The position numbers and the translations under genes were made by a program. This document shows, piece by piece, positions 9,255-16,940 of a stretch of DNA of 64,000 nucleotides. Position 1 is the first letter of the stretch; each line of letters opens with the position of its first letter. The DNA comes from Thermoleophilia bacterium (GTDB taxonomy: Bacteria > Actinomycetota > Thermoleophilia > RBG-16-64-13), in the NCBI GenBank assembly GCA_026415615.1, contig JAOAGT010000003.1, forward strand, positions 103,077 through 167,076, written 5' to 3'. A model generated the notes under the pieces. The model made no database searches and was not told the origin of the DNA. It saw nothing but the letters and a program-made list of their open reading frames with translations.

Positions 9255-9926
9255 ATGCACTACCGCGTGTTCGATTTGGGCCTTGCCCCGTACTTACCTG
9301 TTCAAAAACTCCAACAAGGCTTTCGACAGGCCGTTACACAAGGCACGGTTCCGGGCGTCGTTCTCCTTTTAGAGCACCCTCCCACAGTCACTCTCGGCAA
9401 ACGAGCCGATCCGGCCGTGGACCTTCGCGACGCAGAAGAGCTGAGACGCCGCAAGGTGGCCGTGGTACGTTCGGAACGCGGAGGTCGCGCCACTGCACAT
9501 GCGCCCGGGCAGCTCGTTGTTTATCCCGTCGTGCCGATTCCTCGCCGAGATCTGCGAGCCTACGTATACGGGTTGGAGGAAATGGTCCGCCTGGTCCTCG
9601 AGAGACTCGGACTGCAAGCCCATAGGCGCCCGGGATTTCCTGGATTGTACGTACAAGAAAAGAAGATTGCTTCGGTGGGCCTGCGTTGCGAGAGATGGGT
9701 GGCAAGCCACGGCATTTCCCTAAACGTAAATGTGGAGCTTGACCTCTTTGACCTCATAGTGTCTTGCGGAGAGGCCGACCTCAGGCAGACAAGTCTTCAG
9801 GCGTTTACCGGAAACACCTACAGCATGGATGAGATCAAGACTTTATGCTGGAGTGAACTTCAAAGTGTGTTTGGCTGGAAACTTGACCCACCGGTCCGAA
9901 CAACTCTGCAAGAAGCGATGCCCTAA
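9255..9926 (+). CDS. lipB: Octanoyltransferase LipB
   Basis: LLEHPPTVTLG, RGGRATAHAPGQLVVYP, KIASVG, HGISLN, SCG; start placed at ATG 9255. Confidence 0.9.
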   Translation: MHYRVFDLGLAPYLPVQKLQQGFRQAVTQGTVPGVVLLLEHPPTVTLGKRADPAVDLRDAEELRRRKVAVVRSERGGRATAHAPGQLVVYPVVPIPRRDLRAYVYGLEEMVRLVLERLGLQAHRRPGFPGLYVQEKKIASVGLRCERWVASHGISLNVNVELDLFDLIVSCGEADLRQTSLQAFTGNTYSMDEIKTLCWSELQSVFGWKLDPPVRTTLQEAMP

Positions 9927-9937
9927 GAAAAGAGAAA

Positions 9938-10010
9938 TGCCCACGGCAGGATTCGAACCTGCGGCACCTGGCTCCGGAGGCCAGTGCTCTATCCCCTGAG
10001 CTACGTGGGC
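9938..10010 (-). tRNA. tRNA-Arg (anticodon CCG), CCA not encoded
   Basis: GCCCACG acceptor stem, TAGCTCAGGGGATAGAGC D arm, CTGGC-CTCCGGA-GCCAG anticodon arm, GGTTCGAATCC T loop. Confidence 0.96.
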
Positions 10011-10023
10011 GTGCGGTAGCCCA

Positions 10024-10959
10024 TTATACCCGTTCCAGACGAGCTGGACCCTTTTCCGGGTATGGGACAACTAGCGTATCAAAGTCTTTCGGCAGGTAGC
10101 TGTCCGGGAAAACCTCCCGGGCTTCGTCACGAAGCTCACGCCAGCTGTGGCGGGAGCTTATGTGAGTAAGGATCAACGTCTTTACACCCGCAGCCGCAGC
10201 GACAAGAGCAGCCTCTCGGGCTGTTGAGTGCTTGGTCTCTAGCGCCCGCTCTAGTTCTGAGGAGCCAAAAGTGCTGTCGTGAACAAGCACTGTGGCAGAC
10301 CGTGCCAACTCAATCACGGAGGCGGCAGGCCGAGTATCGCCCGAGATTACAACCTTCCTTCCCTCGCGAGCTGCATCCATGACCTCCTCCGGCCTTATCA
10401 CCCGTCCGTTGGCAGCGGTGATTGTTTCCCCTCTTTGAAGCCGCCCGAAATCTGGACCAGGCGTGACTCCGAGCGCTATTGCCCTCTCGGGATGAAACCG
10501 GCCAGGACGAGGTTTCTCTTCGAGGGCCCATGCTAAGCCAGGAACTCCATGATCTGTAGCAGCTGTCCGCAACTGGTAATCACCCCGGTCGATTACGGCC
10601 CCCGGCTCTATCTCCTCTACAACAAAGGGGAAACGAGGCCGCCCCACTAGTCGCTCCGCATCTTTAAGTAACTCGTAGGTTCCAGGTGGGCCAAGCAAAA
10701 GTAGAGGCTCCTCTCGTCCCAGTAGACTGTAGGTTTTAAGCAGACCTGGCAGTCCCAAGTAATGGTCCCCGTGAAGATGGGTCACTAGAATCAAGTTGAT
10801 GCGCGCCAGACCCACAGAACGCATGAGCTGACGCTGCGTCCCCTCGCCACAATCAACGAGAATTCGTTCTGAGCCACGAGCAATAAGAATCGCTGGCGAA
10901 CCACGGTCCACCGTAGGTGTAGCACCAGCTGTTCCGAGAAAGACTAGGTGTAGGTCCAA
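10024..10959 (-). CDS. rnz: Ribonuclease Z
   Basis: FLGT, DCGEGTQRQ, THLHGDH, GP-rich exosite, SGDT, HST, LTHISSR. Confidence 0.93.
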   Translation of the reverse strand: MDLHLVFLGTAGATPTVDRGSPAILIARGSERILVDCGEGTQRQLMRSVGLARINLILVTHLHGDHYLGLPGLLKTYSLLGREEPLLLLGPPGTYELLKDAERLVGRPRFPFVVEEIEPGAVIDRGDYQLRTAATDHGVPGLAWALEEKPRPGRFHPERAIALGVTPGPDFGRLQRGETITAANGRVIRPEEVMDAAREGRKVVISGDTRPAASVIELARSATVLVHDSTFGSSELERALETKHSTAREAALVAAAAGVKTLILTHISSRHSWRELRDEAREVFPDSYLPKDFDTLVVPYPEKGPARLERV

Positions 10960-10965
10960 AGCGCG

Positions 10966-11475
10966 TTAACTGGGATTTTCTGCCTCAGGTTGGTTGGCGT
11001 CGGTATCCGTAGCCGCGCCCCTGTGGCCCCTGTTGGCTCTGCGGCTGCCGCGGACGATAAGCCTGATTCTGTCCGCCTCTGAGCCTCTGGGCCAGTGGAA
11101 GAACGTGGGGTTGCAGCAGCCAGAAGGAGCGTACAAAGACTCATAAGCCTGCACTACCGTAACCCGGCAATGAGGCAAAGGAGGTCGCCAGATCCGCAAA
11201 TATCCGTACGGATCACGCACACTCGAGGGCTCGACGCCATCTTTGAGAAAAACATCCAACACCAGCTCGGGTAGAAAAACCTTGTGCAGGCAGCCAAAGT
11301 ACGAAGTCTCGCCTTCCTGAAAGACATAGATACAACGACATCCAGAACGCAGACACTGCCAGGGTGATACCACCCTTTCGCAAATCACCTCGCACTCGCG
11401 GCATTCCAAGCGCAGTCGCTCACGCAGCCGCTGCGCGCGTGCACTCAACCATGTGGTGTCGTCCGCGTGTTTCAT
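10966..11475 (-). CDS. Cys-rich hypothetical protein, likely leaderless
   Basis: CRECEVIC, C..SGC, GC, C, CCNP; TATACT 7 nt before ATG 11475; ends 6 nt before rnz. Confidence 0.7.
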   Translation of the reverse strand: MKHADDTTWLSARAQRLRERLRLECRECEVICERVVSPWQCLRSGCRCIYVFQEGETSYFGCLHKVFLPELVLDVFLKDGVEPSSVRDPYGYLRIWRPPLPHCRVTVVQAYESLYAPSGCCNPTFFHWPRGSEADRIRLIVRGSRRANRGHRGAATDTDANQPEAENPS

Positions 11476-11527
11476 GCTTTTCAGTATACCCTGGATCCAC
11501 ACCTCCGTGCCCCAGTATGGACACACC

Positions 11528-12634
11528 TCACCCGCCGGTAGAACTTTCCCACCGCGAGCCCGGCACAAGTCTGGCCCGCCTCAGCGAGCAATCAGTGGCC
11601 CACCGCAAGACCGCAGGGCAAAAAACCACTGTTCCGCTTTCACCCACGTCAACCGTGCCCGTCGCCATGACGGCCCCACACACTGTTGTTCCGTCCAGCA
11701 GTATTGACCCCTCATCCACTACGACGACAGCCCGCACGAGCCCAAGACCCCGCGCGTCTAGATCAGCTCCGCCGGTCAGCACAACCAAGACAGGCTCCGA
11801 GTTGTTCCGCACATGCAGCGCCTTCTCGGGGAAAGACACGCGTCGCCCCGTGCGCGCTTGGATAAGAAACACCCCCTCTTCAGCAACCACCCCGACGCGG
11901 TCCCCTGTTTCAGAGAGAAATCCTGTGTCTTGAATCTCTGCCATCAACGACACTGCAGTGCGCCAGCCTCCATCTAATGACCATGGCTCTTCTAGAGGTA
12001 AGACCTGACAGTTCTCTGCTATTGGGGCCACAGTCTCAGGGCGAGTGAGGTAAGCAACCGCGGGCCGAGCAGGCCCTTTTTCCTCGTCTGCACTCGACGT
12101 GTCTAACTCGTCATCTGCACTCGAAGTGTCCAAATCACTTTGTAGCCACACCTGGCTTCGAGTGGGATCGGCCATGACCTCCGTCGCCACTACCGCAGCA
12201 AAGGGAAGGTCGAGCCCGTCTCGTCCTCGTTCCACCCACGCACTCGCAGCCAGAGCACAGATTTGGGGGTCGTGGCGAACCGTCGCTTCCAAGGCCCAAT
12301 TCTCGCAACCGGGAATCGCCTCAAGTGCGCCTTCGACCCGCCCCAAGCCCGAGAAACTCTCAGTCTCAACACGGCTCCAAGGAGTCGGCTGCCAGCTAAG
12401 TAGGGCGCTGTACCGAAGTAAGTCAAGCGCTTGATCTCTCGCCAGCATGAAGTCTCTCCCACGCCTCTCATCCGCTGCTGCCCTGTGTGCGCAGATAAGC
12501 ACCGTCGAAAGCACCTGAATAGAAACGGCTGTCATCAAGGAGGCCAACAGAACGAAAAGAAGAACGGACCCCTGCGCACCGAGAAGCAACGGGTGCCTGC
12601 TACCTCTGGGAATGTGCCCCTTCAGGGAAGCCAC
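11528..12634 (-). CDS. PilX/GspK-like minor pilin (no E5), 368 aa
   Basis: G|SVLLFVLL hydrophobic helix without E5; beta-rich C-terminus; last gene of a coupled minor-pilin series. Confidence 0.6.
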   Translation of the reverse strand: MASLKGHIPRGSRHPLLLGAQGSVLLFVLLASLMTAVSIQVLSTVLICAHRAAADERRGRDFMLARDQALDLLRYSALLSWQPTPWSRVETESFSGLGRVEGALEAIPGCENWALEATVRHDPQICALAASAWVERGRDGLDLPFAAVVATEVMADPTRSQVWLQSDLDTSSADDELDTSSADEEKGPARPAVAYLTRPETVAPIAENCQVLPLEEPWSLDGGWRTAVSLMAEIQDTGFLSETGDRVGVVAEEGVFLIQARTGRRVSFPEKALHVRNNSEPVLVVLTGGADLDARGLGLVRAVVVVDEGSILLDGTTVCGAVMATGTVDVGESGTVVFCPAVLRWATDCSLRRARLVPGSRWESSTGG

Positions 12635-12635
12635 A

Positions 12636-13229
12636 CTACCTCCCCACAGGAGCTTCTGTGGCAACCGACACGAGCGCGACTAGATCATTGTCTGTCATCC
12701 TCAGATGAAGTGTCACAGCTCTTATCAGGGACATAGCACTCTGAAGAACCTGCTCCCGCGTGGACCCATCCTCCAGGACATATGCGAGCCGAGATGGCTG
12801 GGCCACATCATGGAGCATTGTCTTGTTGTCACGGTAAAGGGAGTGAGCAAAAGTTTTCGGTCGGAAACTGGGACAAAGTCCCCAACGACGCATGAGACTC
12901 CCCGACGCAATCTCCCACTCAACAATGATGGGAGTCTCTGAATTTGCCTCGCGACGCAAAAATACGAGCTGGCTGGGACCCGCCTCCAAGATTGGGCCGG
13001 CAGTGGCAAAACGGCACCCGTGGGCTGTAGCCAGGCGGAGATCTCTTTCAAGCCGGGCAACGGCAACCCGCCCCTGGAGATAGCCGACCATAGCGTCGGA
13101 TTCAGCAGAGGCTCTCTTGGTTACCGCGAGAAACAGGAGTCCCGCAGCGCCAACCAGAACGACCGTAACAACTAGGCCGATCAAGAGCTCAATCAGTGTA
13201 AAACCGTTATTGCTCCTAAAAGTAGACAT
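12636..13229 (-). CDS. PilW/GspJ-like minor pilin
   Basis: NG|FTLIELLIGL class III signal; RLERDLRLA helix. Confidence 0.8.
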   Translation of the reverse strand: MSTFRSNNGFTLIELLIGLVVTVVLVGAAGLLFLAVTKRASAESDAMVGYLQGRVAVARLERDLRLATAHGCRFATAGPILEAGPSQLVFLRREANSETPIIVEWEIASGSLMRRWGLCPSFRPKTFAHSLYRDNKTMLHDVAQPSRLAYVLEDGSTREQVLQSAMSLIRAVTLHLRMTDNDLVALVSVATEAPVGR

Positions 13230-14055
13230 CGAGAGAACGCCCGATCTCCACAAGCCATGACTGGCTCTGTCCTTCGAGTTCTACTGTGACCACTCCCTCC
13301 CCGGCGGGACTTATCGTCCGCAGCAATCCTTTGCACTCGTCGGCTACCGTGCAGGGCAAACCAGTGGTATGCAAACCAGCTGTGGACAAGAACGGGATGT
13401 GCACCACCGCGGCAGCCCAATCCGGTGACTGCCCAGCCGCGGGTTCCAGGTCGCCCCCAGAGGTCTCACTGCAACTTGCAAATGAAGCGCCCTGAGTTTC
13501 TCCGTCGGAGACTTCGCTAACAGTGATGCGCCACGGTGCCCCCCAAGACCCCGTCACCTTGTGGACCCGGAGAACCACCTCGTGTCCTGCACTAGCAATC
13601 TGGGGTAGTCCGCTTTTCCAGCATTCGGGCGGCAACGCGGCCTCGCCGTTGTTAACCAGAAACTCGCCCTTAAACCAGCCGTCAATCCACAGACCCACCT
13701 TCTTGTAGCAGCCGGAATCCGCGCCGCCCGCGGGCAAGTCCCAGTCGTCTGAAACCGCAACCTTGAGCTCGCCGCGTGCATTCCACGAAACTGACTGAAC
13801 TTGTTCTCCCCAACACCAAGCCTTCTTGCCGTTTGCTTCGGTAGACTCCTTCTCCGCAGAGTCTGTTGCAGTTGCGGGCTGCTGCTCGGTGCGAAGAGCG
13901 GCCGAAGCCGAAGCCAGCGAGGCCGCCATGCTCACGAGGAAAACTGCCATTAGAGACAACACGACTACCGCCGCCAGGACCTCAAAGAGGAGAAAGCCTT
14001 GTTCCATTTGGCAGCTGTGGCAGAGTGCGTCCAGGCTTGGCCGTTCTTTCGTCAT
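13216..14055 (-). CDS. PilV/GspI-like minor pilin
   Basis: QG|FLLFEVLAAVVVL class III signal. Confidence 0.7.
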   Translation of the reverse strand: MTKERPSLDALCHSCQMEQGFLLFEVLAAVVVLSLMAVFLVSMAASLASASAALRTEQQPATATDSAEKESTEANGKKAWCWGEQVQSVSWNARGELKVAVSDDWDLPAGGADSGCYKKVGLWIDGWFKGEFLVNNGEAALPPECWKSGLPQIASAGHEVVLRVHKVTGSWGAPWRITVSEVSDGETQGASFASCSETSGGDLEPAAGQSPDWAAAVVHIPFLSTAGLHTTGLPCTVADECKGLLRTISPAGEGVVTVELEGQSQSWLVEIGRSLDVYF

Positions 14056-14546
14056 TACTTATCTGCCTCGTAGTTTCGAACGGTGAATCCCGAGACTGGA
14101 CGAACCACCACTCTGTAGCCTGCATTGTGAGAGTGGAAATAGACTGACCCGCCCCCGGACGGCGCTGCAAACTCACCGCTAAAGCGGACTCTAACGCCGT
14201 CTGATGACTGCCAGGAAGCAGGGTTGGCTGAGATAGAACGGACCGTAGGAAACTCGCCGAGATCAGAGCGAGTGTCGCCACCGCTAGCAACCAGGCATAG
14301 GTCGGTAGGACCGGCAACTATGGTGCGAGAACCACCACGCCACATTACATCTATCTGGGCCCAAGCTGCCGCGGCCTGCCAGCACTGGGCAGCTCCTCGG
14401 GCGCTTTGCACCATGAAGCCAGCATGTGCAAATCTAACGGCGGCAACCACACAGATGGCCACAACGGCAAGCACCACAAGAAGCTCCACCGCACTGAACC
14501 CGTACGCAGGCACGATGGCGCCACTACTGTCAAACGACCTTTTCAT
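14055..14546 (-). CDS. FimT/FimU-like minor pilin
   Basis: YG|FSAVELLVVLAVV; C-terminal VRF.G....G.V...YRVVV..SG pattern. Confidence 0.7.
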   Translation of the reverse strand: MKRSFDSSGAIVPAYGFSAVELLVVLAVVAICVVAAVRFAHAGFMVQSARGAAQCWQAAAAWAQIDVMWRGGSRTIVAGPTDLCLVASGGDTRSDLGEFPTVRSISANPASWQSSDGVRVRFSGEFAAPSGGGSVYFHSHNAGYRVVVRPVSGFTVRNYEADK

Positions 14547-14711
14547 GCTCGATAGAGTAAAGCCGGAGGGTTGAGTTGGTGAGACAACCTTAGTTGGAGA
14601 ATGGCGGAACAAGACGAATTCAGATCACCCAGCAGGCCGCCGAGGTAGTGCGGTTACCGCTTCCGTCTCCCGCGGCTCTAGAGGCGTGCACCCAGTCGGG
14701 CGAAGATCTAA

Positions 14712-15239
14712 TTACCAGCCGAGTTCGGCCTCTCCGTCAACCACTTTCACCTTGACATACCCGGTTTGCCTGAGGTCGACGGTGTTCACCTGGATGCCAA
14801 ACAGGTTTCCGGTAGCGCTGCGGGTAGCGATGTCCAACACGGTCTTGGACTCGGGATAGAACGCGACTTGGGATTGGGCCGCCTCCGCGGTCAGGTCTTC
14901 ACTTATTCGAGGGGGAGCAGTCGAGACCAGGTCGGAGTCGCTCTCTAGAAAGCTTACGCTCGGCTCTATCTTATTGAGCATGTCGGCCGTGATCTCGGCA
15001 TAGGACCCCGTCTCCACCAAAGCACTTTGCACGACAGTAAGAGCATTGCGCACGAGTGAGTAGGCAGCTGTGTCGGCTGCGCGCTCTCGCTGCCCCGCAT
15101 ACAGGGGAATGGCTATTACAACCAAGATCGCGATCACGATGATTACTACTAGCAGCTCGACGAGGGTGAAACCTGCTTGGGGCGCAAGTGCATGAGTGAA
15201 CCAGACTCTGGTCGGAGGAAAGTCTTTTTTGGCCGCCAT
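14712..15239 (-). CDS. Type IV pilin, paralogue of the major pilin
   Basis: AG|FTLVELLVVIIVIAILVVIAIP; shares SLVRNA, IEPS and DGE..W with 16087-16548. Confidence 0.88.
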   Translation of the reverse strand: MAAKKDFPPTRVWFTHALAPQAGFTLVELLVVIIVIAILVVIAIPLYAGQRERAADTAAYSLVRNALTVVQSALVETGSYAEITADMLNKIEPSVSFLESDSDLVSTAPPRISEDLTAEAAQSQVAFYPESKTVLDIATRSATGNLFGIQVNTVDLRQTGYVKVKVVDGEAELGW

Positions 15240-15287
15240 GTGGTCGCCTCTCCTGCGTTTTCAGAGCGTCCGGTCTCACCACGCGCT

Positions 15288-15941
15288 TCAGCCAGCGGGT
15301 GTCTTCTTTAGAGTGATGCCCTGGGCGGCAGCCTGCTCGAGCAGCTGCTGTGCTTCATCAGCCCGCCCTTGGGAAGAGAGCAGTCGGTACAAGATCTCGT
15401 AAGAGCGAGCATAGCCAGGTTCACTCTCTATCGCCTTCCGCAGGACTGCTTCTGCCCTAGCTTCGTCGCCGCAAGCGATCAGCGCTTGAGCCCAGAAGGT
15501 GAGGTTCTTCGCGCTAGGCTCAAGCGACGCCGCCTCACCAAGCACTCTTGCGGCATCGGCCGGCCTTCCCTGATGATTAAGGTAGTTGAAGCCGAGCTCC
15601 ACGCGCACTTGGGCGTTGTCAGGAACAAGCGCAACCACCCGCTCTTGCATGACAAGCGCTTCGTCGTAGCGTCCTAGAAGTAGAAGACACACCGAGGCCT
15701 GTTCCAGCGCCTCCGTGTCCTCCGGATGTTCGCGCAGGATCTCCTTGTAGAGTGACAGGGCGTGTTCAATATGGCCCTGTTCTTGAAGCGCGCGGGCTTG
15801 TCCTGCGCGGTCGCTGCAGCCGGAGAAGGCAAGAATCACGGAAGCAAGCGCCACAGCCAGAACCAGGCCGAGGGCTGCCAGCGCTGCGGAACGAGCCCGC
15901 ATCCCAATGCCTAGATAATTTGTTGCTCTTCTGCCCTGCAT
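15288..15941 (-). CDS. TPR-repeat lipoprotein
   Basis: Hydrophobic leader ending FSGC; repeated TPR-like helices (ALSLYKEILREHP, VVALVPDNAQVRVELG, AIESEPGYARSY). Confidence 0.75.
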   Translation of the reverse strand: MQGRRATNYLGIGMRARSAALAALGLVLAVALASVILAFSGCSDRAGQARALQEQGHIEHALSLYKEILREHPEDTEALEQASVCLLLLGRYDEALVMQERVVALVPDNAQVRVELGFNYLNHQGRPADAARVLGEAASLEPSAKNLTFWAQALIACGDEARAEAVLRKAIESEPGYARSYEILYRLLSSQGRADEAQQLLEQAAAQGITLKKTPAG

Positions 15942-15960
15942 GTCCGTGAACAGCCTACAG

Positions 15961-16001
15961 AGTAAGAGCGGGCGGCCCTTTGTGGTCGCCCGCTCGTTAC
16001 T
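15961..16001 (-). terminator. Strong hairpin downstream of the major pilin (terminator or mRNA stabiliser)
   Basis: GAGCGGGCGGCC-CTTTGT-GGTCGCCCGCTC flanked by AGTAA/TTACT; U-tract is weak. Confidence 0.6.
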
Positions 16002-16086
16002 AGTCCGGTACCATGATCACCTTCGACTCAGCTACATGGCCACGAGCCTCTAGGCACACGGTACGTGCACATCAGCCGAACCTTTA

Positions 16087-16548
16087 TCACCAGGCCGCTT
16101 CCTCACCGTCGATGTAGAAGGTGTTGCCACCGTTGGCACCTTTATTTACCAAGACACCGAAGGTCTTGCCTGACTCAGACTTTGAACCGACCTGGTATGT
16201 GTCAGCCGTGCCGTCATAGTTCACTTGGTTCTGCGAGGCAAGTGCGGTCGGAGCTGTAGCGGCATTTGCTAGTGGCACGAACGTTATTGACGGCTCAATA
16301 GCTTTGAGTACGTCCGCGGTCATCTGGGTGGGGACAAAGGTTCTTAGGTCAACGTACGCCGATTCAATCGCGGTCATGGCGTTACGAACCAGAGACTTTG
16401 CCGCGGCATCCTGTGCTTTCTGAAGCTGCCCCAGGAACGTCGGGATGGCGATAGCCGCCAGGATGGCGATGATAATGATCACCACCAAGAGTTCGATGAG
16501 GGTAAAGCCCTTCTCGCCCCTCATCCTTTTACGGATCAGACTTAACAT
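16087..16548 (-). CDS. pilA: Major type IVa pilin
   Basis: KG|FTLIELLVVIIIIAILAAIAIP; strong AGGAGG RBS; own promoter and 3' hairpin. Confidence 0.9.
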   Translation of the reverse strand: MLSLIRKRMRGEKGFTLIELLVVIIIIAILAAIAIPTFLGQLQKAQDAAAKSLVRNAMTAIESAYVDLRTFVPTQMTADVLKAIEPSITFVPLANAATAPTALASQNQVNYDGTADTYQVGSKSESGKTFGVLVNKGANGGNTFYIDGEEAAW

Positions 16549-16619
16549 TGTTTGCCTCCTCCTTGTAACGTACTACTTTGCTTGCCTTTTCTTGCGGCCT
16601 TTCCAGCCCGTCGCTACTT

Positions 16620-16646
16620 TGATCGGCATTTTGTGCTTGGACTTTA
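16620..16646 (-). promoter_or_regulatory. Sigma28 (FliA/WhiG) promoter for pilA
   Basis: Minus strand TAAA-N15-GCCGATCA versus consensus TAAA-N15-GCCGATAA, ~70 nt above the ATG. Confidence 0.8.
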
Positions 16647-16829
16647 GCGGTCTTTTGGAGGCACACAACTGAGACTTTTGGCCGACTGCGGCCGATGACG
16701 CAGCGCTCGCCTAGCGCTTGCCTGCGGGGATAACGCCCATTCCTGACCGCCTGCTGCTACCCAGTCCTAACCCCCTGCCGCCGAATTGCCGTGGCTGGCT
16801 GGCGCTGAGTGGGTAAAACGACAATTAGG

Positions 16830-16857
16830 TAAAGCGACAGGTATATTTTGTCGATAT
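16830..16857 (+). promoter_or_regulatory. Sigma28-like promoter for the plus-strand minor-pilin operon
   Basis: TAAA-N16-GTCGATAT. Confidence 0.6.
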
Positions 16858-16940
16858 ATACGAGATGAAAGAGGAAGCATGCCAAGCAACGAGGCTGAGC
16901 AACCCGATAAGCCTGAGCAATCGACTAGGCACACCTACCC

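Noticed and set aside
14547-14612. Second prepilin motif (SG|FTLSS) upstream of the FimU-like pilin
   Set aside because: No E5 or hydrophobic helix follows; probably chance sequence upstream of the real start.
16087-16548. Conductive e-pilin (the N-terminal helix resembles Geobacter PilA)
   Set aside because: Hand count gives 11 aromatics in 139 mature residues (~8%), position 27 is Gln, and it is a full-length pilin.
16549-16615. c-di-GMP riboswitch in the pilA leader
   Set aside because: The leader is only ~65 nt and lacks the two-stem class I architecture.
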